A DNA stretch of 64,000 nucleotides, taken from a virus. This document shows positions 35,135-44,768 of this stretch, one piece after another; position 1 is the stretch's first letter, and each line of letters starts with the position of its first letter. A program made the translations under genes and the position numbers. The DNA lies in the IMG/VR virus record IMGVR_UViG_3300044617_000796, positions 44,841-108,840 of that record. One strand, 5' to 3'. The notes beneath the pieces are model-generated. The model was not told the DNA's origin, did not search any database, and worked only from the letters and a program-made list of their open reading frames with translations.

Positions 35135-35470
35135 TCAGTTTCCTTTGTTTGCTTTTTCGGATATTTTTTCTTTTGCTATTTCATCCCAATTTCTTGGAAG
35201 ATTCCATTCTACTTTTAATGCCAAAGTTTCTTCTTCTTCAACTTCATCATTATAAGTAATAATAACTTCACCATAAGAACCAAAGTCATGCTGTTGCCAA
35301 TGCTTTTTAAATTGCATTCCTTTATGATTTGCCACTTCTGGGTACATTCTATTTAACTGATCAATGTAGGTTTCCATCTCTTTACTACATTGTTCACGAA
35401 AATTATCATCACCAACTTGAGCACAATTTTCATCTCCAGGTGTTGGTCCTAAATATAAATAATCAATCAT
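35135..35470 (-). CDS. Hypothetical protein
   Basis: LGPTP..CAQVG...HDFGSYGEV. Confidence 0.8.
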   Translation of the reverse strand: MIDYLYLGPTPGDENCAQVGDDNFREQCSKEMETYIDQLNRMYPEVANHKGMQFKKHWQQHDFGSYGEVIITYNDEVEEEETLALKVEWNLPRNWDEIAKEKISEKANKGN

Positions 35471-35596
35471 TTTCTTCTACCTCTCCGATTTCTTCTATTT
35501 TCCAATATTCATCAGGCATATCTTTTTGAGTCCAGCCTGTCTTTTCAGTCCAGTAATACTGAGGTTCAGCTATTTGCTTTACCCATCTCAATACTT

Positions 35597-36064
35597 TTAC
35601 TTTTCCCATTCCCCATCCTTATTTTGCTTTTCCAATATAATTTTTCCAGCTGACATATATTTCATTTGTTCTTTGCCAAAATCATAACTCCATGCCCAAT
35701 CACAACATAAATCATCTTCATACTTTGATGGATGCAGACCACTTAGGTTTTTAGTTTTATTTGGGAACAATGCAAATAATTTAACTGTGCAATCATGACA
35801 AGCATTTACTTTGATAATGTCTTTCTCTGACATACAATCAAAGAATTCGTCATAACCACCTACTAATTCAAAACTTACACCACCATCTAATTGATTAATC
35901 AAAGTGTTAGGAAACATAAAATCAGTATCTACTTCAGTTTCTTCAGCAGAAACCATATCATTTGATTCATCATCCCAAACTCTATTCCAGAATACTGGTT
36001 TTATTTTTTCACCACAACCATCACATTCACGCCAATCTTTTTTATTTAAAATTACTTTGCTCAT
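35597..36064 (-). CDS. Cys-rich hypothetical protein
   Basis: CDGC, CHDC. Confidence 0.75.
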   Translation of the reverse strand: MSKVILNKKDWRECDGCGEKIKPVFWNRVWDDESNDMVSAEETEVDTDFMFPNTLINQLDGGVSFELVGGYDEFFDCMSEKDIIKVNACHDCTVKLFALFPNKTKNLSGLHPSKYEDDLCCDWAWSYDFGKEQMKYMSAGKIILEKQNKDGEWEK

Positions 36065-36137
36065 ATTTTATCCTTTACTAAGATAGTGATTATTAATAAC
36101 ATCATTGAAAGAAGAAGGATTAAGTCCATCGTTCTTA

Positions 36138-36533
36138 TTAAATTTCTTGCCAGATTCTTTGATAGTGCATGGTTTCTTCATCATTCTTTACTAGCCATAA
36201 AGAAATAACTTCTTTTCCAAGTTTACTATCATCACTGCCAATATATGGGTATGTCAATTGAATTGCATATTTGTATTTAGATATGAATTTCAAAGTTGAT
36301 TGATTTTGATCAACATACTTTGTAATGTTATAATCTGTTTCAAGATAATCTTTAACTTTGCCAATAAAAACATATTTGAAATACTTCTTATCAACTAGAC
36401 GAGGAGTAAATCCATCATTATTTTTATCGTTCTCAATAAGCCAAAGACGCTCAAGATGAATAAAGATTTCACCCTCTTCTGAATTTTTAAATTCTTTTAA
36501 AATGTTCATCTGAATTTCAACTCCATTTCCCAT
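36138..36533 (-). CDS. Hypothetical protein
   Basis: 131-aa ORF in operon. Confidence 0.65.
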   Translation of the reverse strand: MGNGVEIQMNILKEFKNSEEGEIFIHLERLWLIENDKNNDGFTPRLVDKKYFKYVFIGKVKDYLETDYNITKYVDQNQSTLKFISKYKYAIQLTYPYIGSDDSKLGKEVISLWLVKNDEETMHYQRIWQEI

Positions 36534-36630
36534 ATCTTCCAGCTTGGATTTTCATCAATATCTAATTCCCAATCATAAATTTCTTCACGCTCATAGTTTT
36601 CTAAATTTCTATTATCCATGATTATTCCTT

Positions 36631-36861
36631 TCAATCAATTTGTTCTAATAGATCGGCTCTTACATTTAGTGATTTTAACTCTGTTTTCTTAACCCAGAAA
36701 TAATTACTTTTATGTAGTAATGCTGGGGTATATATTTTCCTAAATGCTCTCTCTGAAACATCTAGTCCAATTTTTTGACACTTATCAGCTAAGCAATATT
36801 CATAGCCTGCTTCAAATCTTTCTTCAATAAATTCTAGTTCACAATATATGCATTGAGCCAT
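36631..36861 (-). CDS. Small Zn-finger protein (DksA/TraR C4-like pattern)
   Basis: CIYC..ER.EAGYEYC...C..LHKSNY. Confidence 0.7.
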   Translation of the reverse strand: MAQCIYCELEFIEERFEAGYEYCLADKCQKIGLDVSERAFRKIYTPALLHKSNYFWVKKTELKSLNVRADLLEQID

Positions 36862-37057
36862 TTATCATTCTTTCTACTTGATCTTTTAATTCAAAAACTT
36901 GAGACTGAAGATTGATAATAGTTTTAGTATTTGATTCAACAATATCCATAAGAACACTTGTTCGTTGATCAAATTCTTTTGCTAATTCAATAGTATTTAA
37001 ACTTTCAATAGCAACCTTACCATTTTCTTTAGTATCAATCATATTCCATTTATTCAT
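36839..37057 (-). CDS. Coiled-coil hypothetical protein
   Basis: GAGG SD. Confidence 0.65.
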   Translation of the reverse strand: MNKWNMIDTKENGKVAIESLNTIELAKEFDQRTSVLMDIVESNTKTIINLQSQVFELKDQVERMINGSMHIL

Positions 37058-37257
37058 TACATTTCCTCTTTCAATAGAATTTTACAAATCTTTATTGCTT
37101 TATCTAGATTACGATTACCCTCATTAAGAATTTCACCATTACGCATAATCCAACGATAATCTTTTCTTCTAGAAATAGGGATATTCATTGAAGTAGTTAA
37201 TTTTTCCAACTCATTCAATAATTGATTTATTTGAATTTTGTCTAGTTTATCTTTCAC
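37057..37257 (-). CDS. Hypothetical protein
   Basis: MNIPISRRKDYRWIMRN. Confidence 0.7.
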   Translation of the reverse strand: MKDKLDKIQINQLLNELEKLTTSMNIPISRRKDYRWIMRNGEILNEGNRNLDKAIKICKILLKEEM

Positions 37258-37757
37258 TTCATCCTCGCTAATTTCTTAACATTTGAATTAATGCGCTTAT
37301 CAGTTTCTACTTTTTTAATTTCTGCTTTTTTGACATAAGAATTCAATTGATCAATATTTAATTGACTTGCTTCTTCAATATAACCATCAATTAATACATC
37401 AATACCCATTGATAAAATATCAATTACTGCTTTTACTTTTTCAATCTTTGACAAACGAATAAACCTACGGTCATCACCAAGATTATAATCTACACCTTGT
37501 CTTGCTTTACGAATAGCAGTAATTTTAATCAATGCTTTTAGCATAACAATTTCTTCTTCTGTTTCATAAGTTTCACAAACTAAATCAAATGATGTATGAA
37601 TTATTTCTTTGGCTTGTGGTTTTCTTCGGCTTAAGTTTGTCAAATCATTAAGGTTTACTTTAATAAAACCTTCACGCTCAACCTTAGGCAATGGAATATG
37701 ATATGCGTCAATGGTATCAATAAGACCACTGATATCATTTAAATTAATCTTTGTCAT
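37254..37757 (-). CDS. Hypothetical protein with two K[IV]NLND motifs
   Basis: MTKINLNDISG...IKVNLNDLTNLSRR. Confidence 0.75.
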   Translation of the reverse strand: MTKINLNDISGLIDTIDAYHIPLPKVEREGFIKVNLNDLTNLSRRKPQAKEIIHTSFDLVCETYETEEEIVMLKALIKITAIRKARQGVDYNLGDDRRFIRLSKIEKVKAVIDILSMGIDVLIDGYIEEASQLNIDQLNSYVKKAEIKKVETDKRINSNVKKLARMK

Positions 37758-38200
37758 GAGTTTCCCTTTTCGTTATAATAGTTGTTATAATATTCTTGTG
37801 TATATTGCTCTGTGTCAATTTTATTGTTATCTACTGACCAATTAAAATAATCTTGCTCTTTTCTAATATCAAGCAATGACACACCATTTACTTTTGTGTT
37901 ATGGATATCTGTTCCAGCAAGCCTATCTTTATTTATTGTAATAACTTTTGAATTAGTTGGAAACAATACTTTATCAAATTCAAATATAATATCGTCTGGC
38001 TTATTTGGATTGTAATCAATATCAATAACCTTAAAAGGAATCAAACGCTCTCTCTTTAACAAAGAGATTGTATCAAAGTAAACTTCTTTACCAGCATCAT
38101 AGATACCGATCCAATTAATTACATCTCCAACTTCTAAATTAGAAGCTGGGGTAAGATATTTATAATTACCATCTTTTGTAATTTCAGAGTGGGTTTTCAT
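37754..38200 (-). CDS. Hypothetical protein
   Basis: 148 aa, AAGGT SD. Confidence 0.7.
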   Translation of the reverse strand: MKTHSEITKDGNYKYLTPASNLEVGDVINWIGIYDAGKEVYFDTISLLKRERLIPFKVIDIDYNPNKPDDIIFEFDKVLFPTNSKVITINKDRLAGTDIHNTKVNGVSLLDIRKEQDYFNWSVDNNKIDTEQYTQEYYNNYYNEKGNS

Positions 38201-38215
38201 TATTTATACCTTTCG

Positions 38216-38572
38216 TTATTTAATAAGATTAGCGGGATTGATATAACTTGAACCAACGACTGCCTTAGCGTTATGCTTACGCTTTGGACCAAATACTCGT
38301 TTGGAATAATCTGAACCATCAGGATAAACTACTTGTACGCCATTTTTTTTGCAATCAATTAGAAATAACAATTGTAATAATTGATCAACATCAATTTCGT
38401 TATCTTTGTCGGTAACGGCAAACATACGGGTATCGTGATTATTAAACTCATACTTAAACTTAACAATAGTCCCATAATTTAGATGACCATTTTCTATTTC
38501 TAAACCTAATAAACGAGTACGAATATGATTATCGTCAAGATTATCATCAGATTGTAAATTAAGATTTGACAT
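38216..38572 (-). CDS. Hypothetical protein, first gene of the long minus-strand orphan run
   Basis: AAGGAGA SD. Confidence 0.75.
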   Translation of the reverse strand: MSNLNLQSDDNLDDNHIRTRLLGLEIENGHLNYGTIVKFKYEFNNHDTRMFAVTDKDNEIDVDQLLQLLFLIDCKKNGVQVVYPDGSDYSKRVFGPKRKHNAKAVVGSSYINPANLIK

Positions 38573-39011
38573 AATTATCTCCTTTAGTATTTAGTTATTT
38601 ATTTAGTTAATCAATTAATTATTTATTTCGGGACAGAAAAAAACCATAACATGAGTTTATCAGTTAATTTTATTGAAACTACAGTAAGTGAAAAAGAATT
38701 TAAAAATTCTTTTTTTGGTGAGGAGAAACGACAATTGAATGTGCGTTAAAATGTGATCGCTTTGATAAATAGATTATGAAAGCGTTAGCTGAACAGATCA
38801 AAGCTCGCTTATGATATCTAATCCACGATCATGAGATTAGATTTAATGTGAAAACTACTTTTAAAATCGTTAATAGATTGCTAAAGTCAATGGTTTGAAA
38901 TACCATTAAAATTATTAACACCACCCTAATTTTATCATTATACTACGAAATTGAGTATATATTTTTCCTGGGTCTGATGTTTTACTACTGATTTACATTT
39001 TCCAGTAGATT

Positions 39012-39836
39012 TTACTTTTTATCTGAGTATGTAGCATTTCTTTCTAAGAAACTCATCATAGTTCCTTCATATCTCATACGACCTAGGTGAGTCATTTTAA
39101 TTGCAGGATCAACCCAAACTTTTCCTTGAATATCCTGCCAATATCTACAGAAACCATAGTCTTCAGATAAGAATCTATTAAGGTGTGGATCAATGTATGA
39201 ATTAAAGAATGCGTATGTCCAGTCTCTTTCTTCATCATTTAGTGAACCAGTATCATCGTTATACTTTAGATGTGGATATGCTTCAATAAGTTTTGTAAAT
39301 ACTTCTCTCTTAATAAGCATAAATCCAGTTCCAGCGTCAAAAATTTCAATAGCGCCATTGCTAACACTAAGGGAGTTATTCTCTTTATCCTTAACTGCGT
39401 TAACAACATATCTCAAACTATTGCTCATTAGTTCATCTGTTGGTATTCCAGCTTTTACATTTTGCTCTACAAGTTCCCAATTAATAGACTTAATTGGATA
39501 AGCACCAGTCATGATTTCTTTATCATGCCATAACATCTTAATAACATCTTCAGGTTCCCAGGCAATATCAGCATCAATAAACATCATATGAGTTAAATTT
39601 TCTTGTGCCATAAATTTAGCCGACATGCTATTTCTAGCTCTATTAATTAAAGAGTCAGTAATTGTCGCTACAGCAAACCTAATGTTATGATCTCTAAAAT
39701 ACATTAGAGTCTTAATAAGGCTCATCATTGTTGGTTCGCTAATTTGTTGATCATAGCAAGGAATAGCAAAAAGAACATTCCAGCTCTTCAATTGTTCATT
39801 ATCAATTTCTATTGTTTGTGTTTCAAAAAGTCCCAT
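39012..39836 (-). CDS. GT-A fold glycosyltransferase-like protein
   Basis: AIPCY, DSLINRARN, FIDADI (DxD), GTGFMLIKREVF, LSEDYGFC; leaderless start MGLFE at 39836. Confidence 0.85.
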   Translation of the reverse strand: MGLFETQTIEIDNEQLKSWNVLFAIPCYDQQISEPTMMSLIKTLMYFRDHNIRFAVATITDSLINRARNSMSAKFMAQENLTHMMFIDADIAWEPEDVIKMLWHDKEIMTGAYPIKSINWELVEQNVKAGIPTDELMSNSLRYVVNAVKDKENNSLSVSNGAIEIFDAGTGFMLIKREVFTKLIEAYPHLKYNDDTGSLNDEERDWTYAFFNSYIDPHLNRFLSEDYGFCRYWQDIQGKVWVDPAIKMTHLGRMRYEGTMMSFLERNATYSDKK

Positions 39837-39851
39837 GCCAATAGTATACAT

Positions 39852-39890
39852 AAAAAAATGGGCTGAGATTGCTCCCAGCCCATTTTTATT
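39852..39890. terminator. Bidirectional-type intrinsic terminator
   Basis: AAAAAAATGGGCTG...CAGCCCATTTTT. Confidence 0.75.
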
Positions 39891-39910
39891 TATTTTTTTG
39901 TAATTTATAA

Positions 39911-40258
39911 TTACTTAGTTTTTACAGCGCTCTTGACATTCTTAATGTCTTTAGCTTTTACAACTCCCTTTACGGGGGCAATTGTAGTCTCTAATTCTGA
40001 CACCTTAGGGACACGGAAAAACAATGTCTGCTTTGTCTTATCAAAATGAATTTGAACATTAAAATTCAACTTCTTAGCTTGGGCACGAATTCTCTGCTGC
40101 ATTGAATTGTACTTCTTGCCTGGCTGAATACCTTCAATTGAGTAAGGCTTGCCGTTCTCATTTGAAAGAATTAGTGTGTCAATAATTGTCTGCAACTCTG
40201 CCGATGTACGACCAGTTCTAGAAATTACTGGGAAATTCATTGCTTCTTTGATTTGCAT
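39911..40258 (-). CDS. Small basic protein, possible DNA-binding/nucleoid-type
   Basis: AGGAGA SD, own terminator; SRTGR..MQQRIRAQAKKL..VQIHF. Confidence 0.8.
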   Translation of the reverse strand: MQIKEAMNFPVISRTGRTSAELQTIIDTLILSNENGKPYSIEGIQPGKKYNSMQQRIRAQAKKLNFNVQIHFDKTKQTLFFRVPKVSELETTIAPVKGVVKAKDIKNVKSAVKTK

Positions 40259-40356
40259 TTTATTCTCCTAATTATGTGGATTTGTACTGCCAATTGGCAT
40301 GTCATAGACATTATCACCAACAAAACGCAAAGATGCAGTTTTCTGCATTTTTTTAA

Positions 40357-40494
40357 TTAAAAATCTTTTTCGTTAATTTTCTGGGCAGCATTTAACTGAG
40401 CTATTAAGATAGCATTCTGAGTAGTTAACTCTGCAATTTTATCTGATAAAATCTTAATAACAAGCTGGACATCAACTTGAGTTTCATTTTTCAT
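40357..40494 (-). CDS. 45-aa coiled-coil protein
   Basis: GGAGAG SD, ATGA overlap with terminase stop. Confidence 0.6.
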   Translation of the reverse strand: MKNETQVDVQLVIKILSDKIAELTTQNAILIAQLNAAQKINEKDF

Positions 40495-42230
40495 ATACTC
40501 TCCAACCATTTCTCTCCGTCTTGAATTTCAGTTTTGGTTTGCGTATAACCTGGGACAAACCCTCCCAAATCGTTATTATACACTCTCACCGTACCAAATT
40601 CCTCCACATCATCATATTTTTCACTATCTGCATCAAACCCAATTATTTCTATTTCAACATCTTGTTCCATTGCCATGTTCTCAATTGCGTTAAATACAGA
40701 ACCAGCCAATGCGTCAGCTAAATCTTTTGAGCCAGCGTTAGGGTGATCAATCTTATTATTAGAGAACAGTCTTAACTTTAAAAGCTCTTCCTCTACTAAG
40801 ATTTGATTCCAATAGCCCCTAAGTCTTGTATCATAAATTGAGGTCATCAATGTATCATAATCAGTTTTCTTAACTGAGTGAAAGTCTGCGTTAATACCTT
40901 GTGCTCTTAAACTTTGAATCATTTCAATTGATTGCCAACGGTCAAATGTTACTTTTGCTACATCAAACCTCTTGCATAAATCAACTATCAATTGCCTTAC
41001 TGATGCAAAATTAATCTCTTCTCCTGGTGCTGCTTTCCATGAGTGAATTAAATCAATATTAATGATTGGTAAGTATTCAACTCCCATTGATGTTGTAATT
41101 TCTTTAAACCCAGCACAATGAGACATACATAGAGCTGTTCTATCTCTTTTAAATCCAAGGTCAATATGAATATACCTTCTGTGCCCATCTGTATTATTAA
41201 ACCACTTATGAAATCTTCCTTCTTCATCTAATGGATCATCAGCATACAAAAAAGCTTTTCTAACTTTTTCTTCATCTCTAAAATATGCGTCTTCCATTGT
41301 TGGAGGTTCACATTCAAATCTTGATGCTGCTTCAATTGGATTTCTAATATACTCTGATTCCAATTGTTCTCTTTTAATTGTAGGATTAACTTCCCAAGTA
41401 GCAGCTTTAATTGACCAAGTTTTTGGCTCTTTCTTCTCTCTAGAATTAAAATATCTTTGTTGAATAAAGTCACCTTTATAGCGAGGGAAAGACAATAGAA
41501 TTACTTTACCTATTTCTGGGAATCTGGACATGACAGATAATTTACTCATGTTATAAATTGCAGATGCCGATCCTTTTGATCTAATCTCACCTTTTAATTC
41601 ACTATCTGTTTTAAAGGCTGAGATTTCATCCAAGATTACTGTTAATACTTCATAACCTTCCCAACCTTCTGATTCAGAGTGACCAGAGAATAATCTTACT
41701 GGGCGAGAAAAGAAAAATATTTCTGATACTCTAGGTTCAAATCCAACATTATTAAAGAAAGGAGAAGATAGCAAAAGGTTCTTTAATGGTTCAAAGAACA
41801 CTCTCTGAGCCTGCTGAGCGTTAACAGCCAGGTTTAACAAGTCAATATAAACACCGTGAGCTTTACCGTAATAACCCAAAGGGTCTCTTAAGCAATGCAA
41901 TAAGTAAACTGTATAAGCCATAGATATTCTTGCACAATGGTCTTTTCCTGATCCTTTGCCTAACATGCAAATTACTTCATTGTCTGTATACTTGTTGTAA
42001 TACTCTAGACCTTCTTTTTCTCCATAAAGTTTTTGCAAAGTCGGTAATTTCAAAATCTGTGTGCTATGCTTTACGATCTCAAGCTGAATTTCAGATAGGG
42101 GTGGTAATCCTAAATAATGTTTATCTTGAACAAAAGTTTCAATAGAGACAGGTTCTTCCATAAGTTCATCCTGACGGAGTAACCTATCAAAATCATTAAA
42201 CTCAAGATTAATGCCGAGGAAATCAGACAT
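40491..42230 (-). CDS. terL: Terminase large subunit
   Basis: Walker A LGKGSGKD, Walker B VILDEIS, LLSFPR, nuclease HIDLG, TFDRWQS, KIDHP..GSKDLADA. Confidence 0.93.
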   Translation of the reverse strand: MSDFLGINLEFNDFDRLLRQDELMEEPVSIETFVQDKHYLGLPPLSEIQLEIVKHSTQILKLPTLQKLYGEKEGLEYYNKYTDNEVICMLGKGSGKDHCARISMAYTVYLLHCLRDPLGYYGKAHGVYIDLLNLAVNAQQAQRVFFEPLKNLLLSSPFFNNVGFEPRVSEIFFFSRPVRLFSGHSESEGWEGYEVLTVILDEISAFKTDSELKGEIRSKGSASAIYNMSKLSVMSRFPEIGKVILLSFPRYKGDFIQQRYFNSREKKEPKTWSIKAATWEVNPTIKREQLESEYIRNPIEAASRFECEPPTMEDAYFRDEEKVRKAFLYADDPLDEEGRFHKWFNNTDGHRRYIHIDLGFKRDRTALCMSHCAGFKEITTSMGVEYLPIINIDLIHSWKAAPGEEINFASVRQLIVDLCKRFDVAKVTFDRWQSIEMIQSLRAQGINADFHSVKKTDYDTLMTSIYDTRLRGYWNQILVEEELLKLRLFSNNKIDHPNAGSKDLADALAGSVFNAIENMAMEQDVEIEIIGFDADSEKYDDVEEFGTVRVYNNDLGGFVPGYTQTKTEIQDGEKWLESI

Positions 42231-42244
42231 ATATCAATTCCTCT

Positions 42245-42409
42245 TTTTTACATAGGGCGATTTGAAAAGATCTCAAAATATGAGCTTTTTCCCATATGCG
42301 ATTTCTAAAAGATCTCAAAATATGAGCATTTTTGCATAGGGCGATCCAAAAAGATCTCAAAATATGAACTTTTTTACATATGCGATTTTGAAAAGATCTC
42401 AAATTATGA
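42245..42409. repeat. Four tandem 42-bp repeats between terS-like gene and terL
   Basis: CATA...AAAAGATCTCAAA(A/T)TATGA units with CATA at 42251, 42293, 42335, 42377. Confidence 0.92.
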
Positions 42410-43003
42410 TTAATTTTCATCATCATCATGTTCAATTGCATCCTCAACAATTTTTGTTACTTTACCACTCATAATTTCAAATGCAATTTCAAGTTCCTTA
42501 CGGACTTCATTTGCAATATCTGGGTACTTTGAAATAACATCACGCAAAATCTTTGACAAGATCTGATTAACATTCTCTGCCTTTTGCATTCTGGCAATGT
42601 ATTCACCGTCAGTTTGGTTCCCGCCCATAAGCTTGTGCAGCTGAGCTTTCTTTGTTGCCAAATCTCCAGCCAATTTAATAGCCTGGATTCTGGCTGCAAC
42701 CATCCCATTGTCTGTTGCAATAGTAATAGTCTCCCAGGCTTCTTTGCTTAATTCATCAAACTCAGTAAGAGCTTTGATTGTATTAAACTGAACTTTTTCA
42801 AGGAAAAATGGGTCTTCTTCAATTGTTTGATTTAAAATCAATTTATATTCTTCAATATATTCTTTTATTTCATTTACAGGAATAGACATGAGAGTTGATA
42901 TCTCTCTCATTGAATAACCCTTTACATGCAAAAGACCGACTTGTTCAACATCTTTAATTTTCTCAATCAAGCTTTTCGTTTTAACTAATTCAATATCTGA
43001 CAT
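42410..43003 (-). CDS. Probable terminase small subunit
   Basis: N-terminal HTH (GYSMREISTLMSIP) plus helical body, directly upstream of terL. Confidence 0.65.
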   Translation of the reverse strand: MSDIELVKTKSLIEKIKDVEQVGLLHVKGYSMREISTLMSIPVNEIKEYIEEYKLILNQTIEEDPFFLEKVQFNTIKALTEFDELSKEAWETITIATDNGMVAARIQAIKLAGDLATKKAQLHKLMGGNQTDGEYIARMQKAENVNQILSKILRDVISKYPDIANEVRKELEIAFEIMSGKVTKIVEDAIEHDDDEN

Positions 43004-44016
43004 AATCTATCTATATACCTCTCCGACACTTTTTCCCATGTCATGTTTTCATTTATATATAATGCCGACATGTATGTGCGGTTGGAAATTTCTTCGTAAT
43101 TGTTTACTGTATACAACATTTTATCACATAAATCGTCAAAATCTGGCTTTGCCCAGTGCCCTGTGTCTTGATATATGCCAGACATTTTATAATCCGACAT
43201 TGAGTAATCAAGCGGAATAGAGAGATGAGCAAACTCAGTACAAGCAGAAAAGTTTGTGCATATTGTTGGTATGCCCTTCGCTATGCCCTGGAATGGGAGC
43301 AGCCCCCACCCTTCTCCACTTGTAGGGTATAATACGCAATCTACTTTATCGTAAATACGACCAAGTTCTTCTGCGCTGACTTCCCAATCAATTATATTAA
43401 TCTGCGGATGATCAAGCTTGTCCTTCATCCCGTTGATAATTGATCTCGCATCAGCTGGTCCTTTGGATTTATAAATCATTTGGTACTGGTCATTCCCACC
43501 AAACAGTTTAATGAATGCGTCAACAGCCACCTGGGAGTTTTTCCTCGTAGATGGGGAGCCGATACTTAAGAAAGTAAATGGTCCTTTCCTGATTCTCTTA
43601 CGAGGAAAATATATCTCAGGGTCAACGCCTAATTGAAAATTATAAACTGGTTTTGTAACTCCACTGTTTATAAAAACAGACCGCATGAAATCAGATGCAG
43701 TCCAGATTTCATCCATTCTGTTTAAATCATCTATCCACCCACCTGGAAGCTGGTTAGTCTCCCAGTACGAGAACCCAATCTTATAATCGCCATACTTGCC
43801 ATAAGATTCTGGCAGGCAGTGATTGATCACCACACCTTCATGAATATCGTTTGTTCTTGCATACCCAATCTGAAGCCCGCTAATTTCTTGCGGACTTTCA
43901 TTTTCAATCTTACGAAAATCTAACCCGCTCTTACTAATGTGCTTTGTTAGATGATATGAAGCATCGCCATAACCTTCGCCAATTCTTGACGAACCATTAT
44001 CTGTCCAAGTGATCAT
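42985..44016 (-). CDS. Glycosyltransferase, GT-B/GT4-like
   Basis: RKN...LYPTSGEGWGLLPFQGIAKGIP; paralogue of 4007..5020. Confidence 0.9.
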   Translation of the reverse strand: MITWTDNGSSRIGEGYGDASYHLTKHISKSGLDFRKIENESPQEISGLQIGYARTNDIHEGVVINHCLPESYGKYGDYKIGFSYWETNQLPGGWIDDLNRMDEIWTASDFMRSVFINSGVTKPVYNFQLGVDPEIYFPRKRIRKGPFTFLSIGSPSTRKNSQVAVDAFIKLFGGNDQYQMIYKSKGPADARSIINGMKDKLDHPQINIIDWEVSAEELGRIYDKVDCVLYPTSGEGWGLLPFQGIAKGIPTICTNFSACTEFAHLSIPLDYSMSDYKMSGIYQDTGHWAKPDFDDLCDKMLYTVNNYEEISNRTYMSALYINENMTWEKVSERYIDRLCQILN

Positions 44017-44768
44017 TCTTCTACTTGAAACGCAATCTTTTTCCCAGCAGCATCTGCAGCCTCTCTTAGCTTAGGCAAGGGTAATCCGTGAACTTTTGTA
44101 TATTCAACTCGGTAATTAAACCAACCTTCAACAGCTCTCCACATTCGGTCATCTGTTTTATCCGCCAGATCTTCTAATTCTTCTGGCGTGAGTAAGAAAC
44201 TCAGCACACCTAACGGCATATAAACAACAACATCATAATTTGAGTCCTTGTCTTTTGAATATCTACTTAGCAAATTCTGGAATTGCTGGACCATACCCTC
44301 AACTGGTGTCCCAGAAAAGTGTTCTACAATGCCATAAACATTTCTTTCTCTAGGGCAAACATCGTCAACACCGACAAAAGCCCCATAACTTCTGCACACC
44401 AAAGGTCTAAACCCATAGATAGTGCAACCGTCTTTGTAGAAAGCGCATTTCCTTTCAGTTTCACCACCGAACTGCCATGTCTCATCATACATCGCCTCCT
44501 TTAAAGAATTAACTACTGAATTAAACCATTCATCCGCAAAATCCTTACCTTTGTTTTCCAAATGCAAATAAAATTGCTGGGTAATATTGAATGCAATATT
44601 GGCACACTCTGTCATGTGAATTGTTAAACCAATTGAGCAGCAATTACCAGAGCCAAGACATTTGTATTTTGTTTTATTCTGGCTTGCCTCAATCATTCTT
44701 GCTTGGTTATAAACCATGTCAAGCTCTGCGAAAATCCCTAAATCTCCTGCCGCTACTTTTCTTTGCAT
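44013..44768 (-). CDS. YkgJ-family (CxxCxxCC-like) Cys-cluster protein
   Basis: CLGSGNCC...CAFY..GCTIYGFRPLVCRSY. Confidence 0.85.
   Translation of the reverse strand: MQRKVAAGDLGIFAELDMVYNQARMIEASQNKTKYKCLGSGNCCSIGLTIHMTECANIAFNITQQFYLHLENKGKDFADEWFNSVVNSLKEAMYDETWQFGGETERKCAFYKDGCTIYGFRPLVCRSYGAFVGVDDVCPRERNVYGIVEHFSGTPVEGMVQQFQNLLSRYSKDKDSNYDVVVYMPLGVLSFLLTPEELEDLADKTDDRMWRAVEGWFNYRVEYTKVHGLPLPKLREAADAAGKKIAFQVEE

Noticed and set aside
42223-42450. 75-aa repeat protein, or a mini-CRISPR, between terS and terL
   Set aside because: The frame stays open because 42 is a multiple of 3, the ORF overlaps terS, and the repeats are contiguous with no spacers. A protein is not excluded but is unsupported.
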